A stretch of DNA of 55,200 bases from an uncultured Eubacteriales bacterium (GTDB lineage Bacteria > Acidobacteriota > Aminicenantia > Aminicenantales > UBA8522), in assembly GCA_964651495.1 (NCBI GenBank), contig CAZYWP010000005.1, positions 1 through 55,200 on the forward strand, given 5' to 3'. A program made the translations under genes and the position numbers. Below, piece after piece: positions 29,338 through 37,346 of this stretch (position 1 is its first letter; the number at the start of each line of letters is the position of its first letter). The notes beneath the pieces are model-generated. The model searched no databases. It was not told the origin of the DNA and saw only the letters and a list, made by a program, of their open reading frames with translations.

Positions 29338-29367
29338 ATTATAATTATCCCCTTCCGCTAATGTCAA
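29338..29367 (-). promoter_or_regulatory. Consensus sigma70 promoter TTGACA-N18-TATAAT for the glycosyltransferase operon
   Basis: Both hexamers are perfect on the minus strand. Confidence 0.8.
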
Positions 29368-29422
29368 CTTCCGTCAGGCTCAGCAAGTATCTCCCTTTCT
29401 GTGACGGCGAGGCTTCGGCAAT

Positions 29423-29461
29423 CCCCCCTCACCTCCATCCTCTCCCGCCGGGGGCGAGGAG
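29423..29461. repeat. REP-like element CCCCCCTCACCTCCATCCTCTCCC-GCCG-GGGGCGAGGAG
   Basis: Resembles the widespread CCCTCACCCxxxCCCTCTCCC...GGGAGAGG intergenic palindrome type; imperfect hairpin; single copy in this window. Confidence 0.5.
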
Positions 29462-29644
29462 AATGAAAATGTCCCTCTGGGAAGCGACGGTTTCGCGCCG
29501 GAGCGGCGGTCTCATTGACCTTTGTTTCGTCCAGATAGAAATCAAGAGCCATATTCTATATAATGAATCAGCATTTTAAGAACCTTGATTCGGTTCGAAA
29601 TGCTGGAACCGAATAAGGTTGGGAAGATGTGAGCAGGATGTCGA

Positions 29645-30997
29645 ATGGATAGCGAAAAAACTTTCGCCCTGCCCGATGAAGAATTCATCAAAGCGATATA
29701 CCGGGAGCTTCTCGGAAGGGAAGCAGACCCGGACGGCATGGGCTACTATCTCAAGATTCTACGCCAGAAAAGATATCCCCGGAAATTCGTGGTCAGGTCC
29801 ATCAAGGACTCCTGGGAATACCGCCTGGGCCAGGCCAAGTCCGACGTCCCGAAACTCGTGGCCGAGAACAAGAAGCTCAATGAACAGGAGGTGGCGGCCG
29901 GGAAGACAGTCCTGCAGTCGACGCCCATCGCCTTCAACCTGGACCTCATCGGCGTCTGCAACATGAAGCCGCCCTGCGGCATGTGCCTGAACTGGGTGGA
30001 CGACACGGGACCGCGCTATCATCCGGGGCTTACGGCCGACGACTTCCGGGCTTTCGGCGATCCCCTCCGCCTGGCCTGGGACGTCATCAATTGCAGCATC
30101 GGCGAGCCCCTCATCCTGAAAGACCTCCTGCCGGTCCTCGATCTTCTGTCGTCCTGGGAGAAACCGTTCGGGATCAACAGCAACGGCCTGGCCTTGACGC
30201 CGCAGCTCACAGACAAGCTGAGGCCTTTTTTCGAAATCCTGACCATCACCTTTTCCCTGGACGCAGCCACTCCGGAAACCTACGCCAAAATCCGCGGGCC
30301 GCATTTCCTGAAGGTCATCGAAAACATCGCCTATTACTGCGAGAGGCGGCGACAGGTCTTCCCCGAAGGGGCCGCCTCAAAGACCGGCACGGTCATGCTT
30401 CCCATGAAACTCAACCGACACGAAGTCAGCGGTTTCATCCGGCTGGCCGCCTGGCTGGGCCTGGACGTCGTGGAGCTTCGTCAGCTCAACGAGTACGGCG
30501 GCGAGTGGAAGGTGGACAAGGGGGGATTCCTTTTCGATTATCAGGAGCAGGTCCTCCCTCCCCGGGAGCTCGAGGAAGTCCGGGAAGAAGCGGAGGAAAC
30601 AGCGGCCGAGTGCGGCATCATCCTCGACTGCCAGTACCAGGTCTCGGGGGAGAGGACGTATGAGGCCTTTCTCCCCGAAGACAAGCAAGAGGGCAAAATC
30701 AAGTGCATCCAGCCGTGGCATTTTATCCTGCCCTATCAGAATGGGGACACCGCTGGCTGCTGCTATATGGGGAAATCGCTGGGGAATTGGCGGGAAGGGG
30801 GGTTGGAGAGCCTGTGGAACGGGGACCGCATGCAGCAGATCCGGAAAGAGATGGCGGAGGGGAAGCTGCCCCGGGAATGCCGCCAGTACATCTCCTGCCC
30901 TGTCGTCAGAGCCAACCTTGACCCCCGGCCCGGGAGAGACAAGAGAAAACGCGCCGGGACAATCAATTTTCTTAGCCTTCCGGTCAGGCGACGATGA
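29645..30997 (+). CDS. DUF4214-radical SAM-SPASM/Twitch protein
   Basis: N-terminal EFIKAIYRELLGREADPDG; CNMKPPCGMC; SIGEP, NSNG, SLDA; C-terminal CIQPW...GCC...GN...LWNG...C....SC. Confidence 0.85.
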   Translation: MDSEKTFALPDEEFIKAIYRELLGREADPDGMGYYLKILRQKRYPRKFVVRSIKDSWEYRLGQAKSDVPKLVAENKKLNEQEVAAGKTVLQSTPIAFNLDLIGVCNMKPPCGMCLNWVDDTGPRYHPGLTADDFRAFGDPLRLAWDVINCSIGEPLILKDLLPVLDLLSSWEKPFGINSNGLALTPQLTDKLRPFFEILTITFSLDAATPETYAKIRGPHFLKVIENIAYYCERRRQVFPEGAASKTGTVMLPMKLNRHEVSGFIRLAAWLGLDVVELRQLNEYGGEWKVDKGGFLFDYQEQVLPPRELEEVREEAEETAAECGIILDCQYQVSGERTYEAFLPEDKQEGKIKCIQPWHFILPYQNGDTAGCCYMGKSLGNWREGGLESLWNGDRMQQIRKEMAEGKLPRECRQYISCPVVRANLDPRPGRDKRKRAGTINFLSLPVRRR

Positions 30998-32859
30998 AGA
31001 CGGCGTTTCGTATCGTTTCGTCCCTTGTCATTGCCCTGGTCTTTGGCCTCGTCCTCCACGAATTCTCCTTTCGCGAACTCCAGAAAAAGGTGGTCCGGGT
31101 TTCGGGGAGCCGAGAGAGCCGGGCCCGCCAGGTCAGGAAGGATTTCTTCCTCGAGGGGGTGCGGGATAACGATGTTTACGTCCTCGAGGCTGTCTTCTTC
31201 GAAAGACGTCGGGACGCTCTCAACCTGAATCTTTTTCTTAACGAAACCCGGGTCCTTTCCTTTGCCGCCGACCAGAAGGCCAAAATCATCGATATCCCGG
31301 CCTCATTCCTGAGAAACGGCAAAAACTCCCTGGCGGTCACGGCGGACAGAGCCTGGAATTTCAAATCCCTGCGCTTGAAAAATATCTACGGGTACTCATC
31401 CGGATTTCCCAAGCTGACGGTCATCCCCAAAAAGAATGAATTCCGGACTTCCGGCTCGCCCCGGGACGCTTCATTCTACCTGATTTTCCTGATCCTCTTT
31501 CTCTCCTCCGTTTTCGCTTTGAACCTCAAGGCCGGCGAGGAAAAGGTCCCCTCTCCCAAAAAGGTTCGGGTCGTTCGAAGCCTGAGGCACGTTGTTCTAT
31601 TCCTGTTCGCTCTCGTACTGATCATCCCCCTGGTAACCAAATACAGGGTCGTCCTGGGCTTCAGGTCAGTCCTGCATCTGGCCGCCATCTACCTGGGCCT
31701 TTTATATTTGGCGAAGATAAAGAATTTCCTGGCCGGGGCGGCCAAGGGATTTCTCCGCTTCGTCACCGCCTGGCAGGAGCCGATGGCCCTCTTCGTGATC
31801 ACCAGGCTGGGCATCTACGGGCTGGGGTATCTCTCTTCCTTAGCCATCAACAAGGGCGCCTGGTTCTCCACCCATCTGCCCTCCTACTTCCTCAACCTTT
31901 TTTTCAATTGGGACTCCTTCTGGCATCACGGGATCGCCGAGCTCGGCTATTATTTCATCCCGGGGAAGCCTTCGAACATCGCCTTTTTCCCGCTCTATCC
32001 GATGACGGTCCAGTTTTCAAGCTTCATAGTGGGTGGACTGCGGACCAACGGTTTCATCATCTCCAACCTGGCCCTGTTTCTGGCCGTCTTCTATCTGGTG
32101 AAGCTCGTCCGCCTGGAATTCGGCGACGATTCGATCGCGGGCCGGTCGGCATTGTACCTGCTCGTTTTTCCCGGAAGCCTGTTTTTCTCCTATTTCTATT
32201 CCGAGGGGCTTTTTCTTTTTCTTTCACTTGCCGCTTTTTACGGGGCCAGGAAGAAGCGATGGCTGTCGGCTTCGATCTTGGGATGCCTCGCGGCCCTCAC
32301 CAAGATCATCGGCGTTCTTATCGTCATCCCCCTGCTGATCGAATACTTCGAGCCTCGTCTTCGAGCCCGCAAAATCAAACTCAACCCGGCCAAACTCGAG
32401 GCCCTGTCCCTGCTCCTAGTTCCCCTGGGCCTGCTAAGCTTCATGACCTACTGCGGTATTAAGTTCGGAGACCCGTTAGCCTTCATCCATGCTCAGGCCG
32501 CCTGGGGAACCAAGGCTGTGACGCCTGCAGGTAGCTTGGCAAAGATCAGTATGTTTCCCCCGTTCTTCAAGATGCTCTACCCAGGATTTCTGGTCTTTGC
32601 TCTCTTGGTAATCGTGGCAATGATCCTTAATAAGCTCAGGACAAGCTATATTGTCTACGCCGGCCTGCTTCTTCTGGCATACCTATCCTCAAATAACCTC
32701 GAGGCTGTGCCCCGGCAGCTCAGCGTAGTGTTTCCGCTATTTATCGGAATGGCTTTCCTGGGGAAGAACAGGCTGGCCCATCATGTCATTGTTTTTATTT
32801 CCATCGCCCTGCTCACCGTATTCACCGTCCTGTCGGCCAACGGGTACTGGTTCGTCTGA
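30994..32859 (+). CDS. PIG-V-like (GT-C) membrane mannosyltransferase-type protein with N-terminal extracytoplasmic domain
   Basis: WDS.W...IAE.GY, AFFPLYP, YSEGLFL, AALTK..G, PR...V.FP motifs; multiple TM helices. Confidence 0.8.
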   Translation: MKTAFRIVSSLVIALVFGLVLHEFSFRELQKKVVRVSGSRESRARQVRKDFFLEGVRDNDVYVLEAVFFERRRDALNLNLFLNETRVLSFAADQKAKIIDIPASFLRNGKNSLAVTADRAWNFKSLRLKNIYGYSSGFPKLTVIPKKNEFRTSGSPRDASFYLIFLILFLSSVFALNLKAGEEKVPSPKKVRVVRSLRHVVLFLFALVLIIPLVTKYRVVLGFRSVLHLAAIYLGLLYLAKIKNFLAGAAKGFLRFVTAWQEPMALFVITRLGIYGLGYLSSLAINKGAWFSTHLPSYFLNLFFNWDSFWHHGIAELGYYFIPGKPSNIAFFPLYPMTVQFSSFIVGGLRTNGFIISNLALFLAVFYLVKLVRLEFGDDSIAGRSALYLLVFPGSLFFSYFYSEGLFLFLSLAAFYGARKKRWLSASILGCLAALTKIIGVLIVIPLLIEYFEPRLRARKIKLNPAKLEALSLLLVPLGLLSFMTYCGIKFGDPLAFIHAQAAWGTKAVTPAGSLAKISMFPPFFKMLYPGFLVFALLVIVAMILNKLRTSYIVYAGLLLLAYLSSNNLEAVPRQLSVVFPLFIGMAFLGKNRLAHHVIVFISIALLTVFTVLSANGYWFV

Positions 32860-32909
32860 AGTCCGCGCCGACGCTTGATCTCGCGCTAAACACCGGGGCA
32901 AAATCCCAT

Positions 32910-32937
32910 TTGCCAAGGCCTTGCGGGCTGTGATAAT
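32910..32937 (+). promoter_or_regulatory. Possible sigma70 promoter TTGCCA-N16-GATAAT with extended TGn
   Basis: Read directly upstream of an AGGAG RBS and ATG at 32962. Confidence 0.45.
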
Positions 32938-32961
32938 AAAAGGAGACAGAGGATAATCCCA

Positions 32962-33438
32962 ATGCGTGAATTGAGAAGACGGATCCGGGTCGGGGTCATC
33001 GGGGGAAGCTCTTCCGACAACCGGTCGCTGCTCGCGGCGTACAAAGTGGGACAATTGATCGCTCAGTCGGGAGCCATCCTGGTCTGCGGCGGTCTGGGCG
33101 GGGTCATGGAGGCCGCCGCCTCCGGCGCCAAGAGCGCCGAAGGGACGACCATCGGTATCATCCCGGGGAACAACACCTCCGAAGCCAACCCGCACATCGA
33201 CGTCCCGATCGCTACGGGCCTGGGATATACGCGTAACTCTCTGGTCGCCATGAACGCCGATGCCCTGATCGCGATCGCGGGAGAGTACGGCACCCTCTCC
33301 GAAATCGCTTACGGTAACATTTACGGCAAGAAAGTCATCGGCCTGGGATCCTGGGAGGTCAAAGGGGTCGTCAAGGCCGCTTCGCCCGAAGAGGCGGTCG
33401 AGCTGGCGCTCCGTGACTTCAAAACTATCAATAGATAG
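32962..33438 (+). CDS. TIGR00725-family (LOG/SLOG-like Rossmann) protein
   Basis: IGVIGG, LVCGGLGGVMEAA..GAK, IGIIPG, RN, GEYGTLSEIA. Confidence 0.9.
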   Translation: MRELRRRIRVGVIGGSSSDNRSLLAAYKVGQLIAQSGAILVCGGLGGVMEAAASGAKSAEGTTIGIIPGNNTSEANPHIDVPIATGLGYTRNSLVAMNADALIAIAGEYGTLSEIAYGNIYGKKVIGLGSWEVKGVVKAASPEEAVELALRDFKTINR

Positions 33439-33458
33439 ATAGATAGATAGATAGATAG
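33431..33458 (+). repeat. (ATAG)7 tetranucleotide microsatellite overlapping the stop codon
   Basis: Seven perfect ATAG units counted directly. Confidence 0.95.
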
Positions 33459-33482
33459 AGAACTCTACGGATACGGACAGCA

Positions 33483-34217
33483 ATGGGACTCGCCGCCTAT
33501 AAACTCGTCCTCAGCTACGATGGCACGGATTTCTGCGGCTGGCAGAGACAGCCGAACAACCGGACTGTTCAGGGTGTGATCGAGCAGGCCCTGGCCAGGA
33601 TCACGGGTAAAAAGATCTCCGTAACCGGGGCCGGCCGGACCGATGCCGGCGTGCACGCCCTGGGCCAGGCGGCCAGTTTCAGAGCCGACCTCCGGTTGAA
33701 AAAAGCTGAGCTTCAACGCGCCCTCAATGCGGTCCTTCCCGAGGACGTCCGCGTTCTCTCCGTCCGGAAGGCGCCGCCGGACTTCAATGCCCGAAAAATG
33801 GCCAAAGCGAAAGTCTACCGCTATCGCCTCTTCAACGGGCGCCGGGTCAGCCCGTTTCTTGTTCGCTATGTCCTTCACTGGCCCGGGCGCCTCGATATCG
33901 CGAAAATGTCCGAAGCCGCGCGTCTGTTCGTCCGCGAAGCGGATTTCACGGCGTTTTCTTCCAACCGCTTGCTCCACCCGGTTCGCCGAATCATCCGATC
34001 GGAAATCAAGACAAGAGGTCCCGAGATCACCTATACGGTCGAGGCGACGGGCTTTCTCAGATATATGGTCAGGACGATAATGGGAACGCTGCTCGAGGTG
34101 GGAAGGGGAAAAATGGAACCGCAGCGGGTCGAAGAAATCTTCCGCCAGAACAGGCGCTCGCTGGCCGGCCCCACCGCCCCCGCCAAGGGCTTATGCCTAG
34201 TCAAGGTGATTTATTAA
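33483..34217 (+). CDS. truA: tRNA pseudouridine(38-40) synthase
   Basis: YDGTDFCGWQRQ, GAGRTDAGVHA.GQ, F.AR, Y.Y, FLRYMVR, TAP..GL.L..V.Y. Confidence 0.96.
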   Translation: MGLAAYKLVLSYDGTDFCGWQRQPNNRTVQGVIEQALARITGKKISVTGAGRTDAGVHALGQAASFRADLRLKKAELQRALNAVLPEDVRVLSVRKAPPDFNARKMAKAKVYRYRLFNGRRVSPFLVRYVLHWPGRLDIAKMSEAARLFVREADFTAFSSNRLLHPVRRIIRSEIKTRGPEITYTVEATGFLRYMVRTIMGTLLEVGRGKMEPQRVEEIFRQNRRSLAGPTAPAKGLCLVKVIY

Positions 34218-35393
34218 TCAGTTGGCGAAATAGCCGGCGCGGTGGGTGACGGAGGTGCCGTCTTTTTTGACTTTGACCTTGATCTCCCGGAATCGTCCGT
34301 CCACCTTGTCATCGACGGGTTGATAATACAGTAGGTAATAATTCTCTGAAGCCTCGACCGCCTTTCGAAACGCGGCCGAAGCGTTGGCCGAGCTCTCGGT
34401 CAGACCGCCGGTCGCCAGGGCGACCTCGCGAAAGGCGCTGAAAATGTCCTCGGACTGCTCGGTCATGACCATTCCCGACGGCCGCATTCTCGTGGCATCC
34501 AAGTTGACTGGCGGCGTCTTGGTGATGAGCAAGAAATGAACGACCAGCGAAGAATCGGCAAATGATCTCTTGACCAGGTCGACATCAAACGTGATTTCCC
34601 GCTTGAAGTGGTCAAGAAGGCCCATCAGCTCCATGGCAAACCCGATCGTCTCGGCGTCGGGCTCAGCCAACGGCAGTTGCGTGCTCAAGGGCAGTTTGGG
34701 AACCATCTCCTTCTGATAAAAAAGATAGATATATTTTTGCCCTTCCCGTCCCTTCAAGAATTCGGCAAAATCCTGTAGTTTTTTCTGGTCGACCACACGG
34801 AGTTTTTCCAGTTGATCCAGGAGATCGCGGAAGATTTGAAGCTGTTCTGTGTTTGTCGGAGGGGTATCTTCGAGTTCCCTGACGAGAGTCTTGTATTCTG
34901 CTCCTCCTTGCGTGATATCCTTTCTGAGGATTCCGGCGAGCTGCTCTCTGATTCGATTCTTGGGCATGATTCCGAATGTCTCGTTCTTGAGGTTGTATGT
35001 TTTGACGGGAGTGATGACGATCAGGCTGTCCTGGGCGGACAGGACATTCTCGAAGAAGTAATTTAGGGCCTTGTCAATTTCCGGCATATAATCAATCATC
35101 TGGAAAAGGAAAACAAACGTTCTTTGGACTTTCGGCTCCCCCCCGCTTTTTCCTTCTTCCCTCTCGACCGATGTTTTTTTGATCAGGTAGACGCTCTCGA
35201 TTTTTTGGAGCTTCCCGTCCTCGGTGAGCTCGAAATCCTCGAGCTTCAGGTCATCGACAAAAGCGCCTCCCTTGAAAACGCGCACCGGGACTTCGATGTT
35301 GACGACCCGGACTTCGTGCTGAAGCTCCTGGGCAGAAAGAGCGAGGACAAGGCCCAGGCAAAAAAAGAAACAGGCGGATTTGGCTGACCGCAT
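34218..35393 (-). CDS. Secreted VWA-related protein, paralogue 2
   Basis: Collinear with 14094..15263 (QEL.H.V.VVNI.VPVRV ... SEDI.SAFREVA.ATGG ... YYLLYYQP ... HR.GYFAN). Confidence 0.8.
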   Translation of the reverse strand: MRSAKSACFFFCLGLVLALSAQELQHEVRVVNIEVPVRVFKGGAFVDDLKLEDFELTEDGKLQKIESVYLIKKTSVEREEGKSGGEPKVQRTFVFLFQMIDYMPEIDKALNYFFENVLSAQDSLIVITPVKTYNLKNETFGIMPKNRIREQLAGILRKDITQGGAEYKTLVRELEDTPPTNTEQLQIFRDLLDQLEKLRVVDQKKLQDFAEFLKGREGQKYIYLFYQKEMVPKLPLSTQLPLAEPDAETIGFAMELMGLLDHFKREITFDVDLVKRSFADSSLVVHFLLITKTPPVNLDATRMRPSGMVMTEQSEDIFSAFREVALATGGLTESSANASAAFRKAVEASENYYLLYYQPVDDKVDGRFREIKVKVKKDGTSVTHRAGYFAN

Positions 35394-35425
35394 AAGGTGA
35401 TAATTATACCCCGGGAATCTCGAAT

Positions 35426-35454
35426 TTGACAGAATGCCCGCGGGTTTGTATAAA
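35426..35454 (+). promoter_or_regulatory. Sigma70 promoter TTGACA-N17-TATAAA
   Basis: Read directly; AAGGAGG RBS and ATG at 35486 downstream. Confidence 0.8.
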
Positions 35455-35485
35455 TAGTCCTCAGTTTATGTAAAGGAGGTCTCGG

Positions 35486-37240
35486 ATGAAGTTGAAAAAA
35501 ACTTATTGGCTTTGTTTATTTGCCCTTCTCGCTTTTGTTTTCATCGGCGCTTCTCAAACCGCCGAAGACAAGGCTTGTGTCTCGTGCCGGGCCGAACTGG
35601 CCTCCGAAGCCTGCACCGTGATTATCGTGGGCAAGAACGCCTCGACGGACGGCTCGGTCATGACCACGCACACCTGCGATTGCGGCCTCTGCGACTGGAC
35701 CTTTCGCTACATCCCGGCCGCCGATTGGCCGGCCGGATCGACCCGCAAGATCTACCACATCGACCAGTTCACGGCCTTCCCGCCGGAAGTCGGGCTGAAG
35801 TGGGAAAAAATCAGGGACAATTTCACCGGACTGGAAATCCCCCAGCCCGCCCATACTTTCGGCTATATCCACGGCGCCTTCGGCTACATGAACGACAACC
35901 AGGTGGCCATCGGCGAGTCCACCATCGGCAACCAGAATAAGATGGAAAATAAAACGCCGACGCCCAAGTTCGATATCACCATGCTGACCTTGATCGCCAT
36001 GGAGAGGGCGACGACGGCCCGCGAGGCCATCAAGATCATGGGCGAGCTGGCCGAGAAATATGGCTATGGTTTCACCGATGAGGGCGAGATGCTGGCCGTG
36101 GCCGACCCCAACGAGGCCTGGATTTTTGAGGTCATGCCGGTCGGACCTCTGTGGACGCCGCAGAGCGGCAAGCCCGGCACTGTCTGGTGTGCCCAGAGGG
36201 TGCCCGACGACCACGTCAGCGTCTGCCCGAATGAGTCCCGCATCGGCGAGATCGACCAGAAGAATCCCAACTATTTCCTGTTCTCTCCGAACGTCGTCTC
36301 CTTCGCCGTCGACCAGAAGCTCTATGATCCCAAGAGCGACAAGCCGTTCAACTGGAAGAGGGCCTATTCTCCGAACGAAGTCAGCGCCGCCTCAACCAAC
36401 GGCTCGCGGGTCCGCCTATGGCGGTTCTTCGACCTGGTGGCGCCGGCGCAGAAGTTCAACCCGGAAACACCGAACATGGACCTCCCCTTCTCCGTCAAGC
36501 CGGAGAAGCAGCTCTCCGTCCACGATGTGATGGAGATGACGCGGGACAAATGCGAAGGCACCCCGTTCTACACCGCCCGCGGCCTGCAGGGAGGACCTTT
36601 TTCCAACCCGAATTATCTCCCCCGCCCATTCAAATTCGAAGGCCAGACGTATAACACATCGCGCGTCATCGGCGTCAACCGCGCTGAGTATGTCACCGTG
36701 ACCCAGTCCCGGGGCTGGCTGCCCAATCCGATCGGAGGGATCGTCTGGCTGGCCTGGGGCGCCCAGGACACCTCCTGCTTCCTGCCCCTTTACGCCGGCA
36801 TTACCGAGATCCCCAGGTCCTTCCAGATCGGCGACCACTGGGTCTTCAACCGCGAGTCCGCCCGCTGGGCTTTCGATTATGCCGATTTCCACACCCAGGT
36901 GATGTATTCCTATGCCATTCAAGATGTCCGCGAGGCTCAGAAAAAGTGGGAGAAACCGGCCGTGGACAGGACGCCGAACATCGACCAATGGGCCCTGGAT
37001 CTCTATAAGAAGGACCCCGCCCAAGCCCGCCAGTTCCTGACGGACTACTGCCTCAACCACGCCAACAATGTCATCGACGCCTGGTGGGATCTCGGAAATC
37101 AGCTTCTGGTCAAGTACAACCACCTGTGGATCTACGATGTCAAGACGAGAAAGCAGAGCCGAGCGGAATTCCCCGACTGGTACCTGAAGCTGCTGATCGA
37201 TTACAACAAGATCCCGCCCCAACCGCAGGAGAAAAAATAG
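35486..37240 (+). CDS. Secreted C69-family (Ntn) dipeptidase
   Basis: Signal peptide; CTVIIVGKNASTDGS, N..QVAIGEST, TAREAI..MG.L.E.YG, GE...VAD..E.W.FE, WCAQRVPDD. Confidence 0.9.
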   Translation: MKLKKTYWLCLFALLAFVFIGASQTAEDKACVSCRAELASEACTVIIVGKNASTDGSVMTTHTCDCGLCDWTFRYIPAADWPAGSTRKIYHIDQFTAFPPEVGLKWEKIRDNFTGLEIPQPAHTFGYIHGAFGYMNDNQVAIGESTIGNQNKMENKTPTPKFDITMLTLIAMERATTAREAIKIMGELAEKYGYGFTDEGEMLAVADPNEAWIFEVMPVGPLWTPQSGKPGTVWCAQRVPDDHVSVCPNESRIGEIDQKNPNYFLFSPNVVSFAVDQKLYDPKSDKPFNWKRAYSPNEVSAASTNGSRVRLWRFFDLVAPAQKFNPETPNMDLPFSVKPEKQLSVHDVMEMTRDKCEGTPFYTARGLQGGPFSNPNYLPRPFKFEGQTYNTSRVIGVNRAEYVTVTQSRGWLPNPIGGIVWLAWGAQDTSCFLPLYAGITEIPRSFQIGDHWVFNRESARWAFDYADFHTQVMYSYAIQDVREAQKKWEKPAVDRTPNIDQWALDLYKKDPAQARQFLTDYCLNHANNVIDAWWDLGNQLLVKYNHLWIYDVKTRKQSRAEFPDWYLKLLIDYNKIPPQPQEKK

Positions 37241-37346
37241 AGGAAAACCAGCCTAGGAAAAGATCAGTCGGTTCCTCTCCCGGACGTGCCGCTGCTGCGG
37301 CACACAGAATAATCATTTTTAGGCGGCAAAACTCGGGAAAGTCGAG

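Noticed and set aside
29307-29339. ORF-track start at 29339 for the first coiled-coil gene
   Set aside because: That ATG overlaps the TATAAT -10 box; ATG at 29306 has a GAGG RBS.
29592-29601. GGTTCGAAAT as a tRNA T-loop
   Set aside because: No cloverleaf, D-arm or acceptor stem around it.
15453-33458. CRISPR array interpretation of the intergenic repeats
   Set aside because: No regularly spaced direct repeats with unique spacers, and no cas genes.
37286-37303. Hairpin GTGCCGC-TGCT-GCGGCAC after the C69 gene
   Set aside because: No U-tract; a 7-bp GC stem is plausible by chance.
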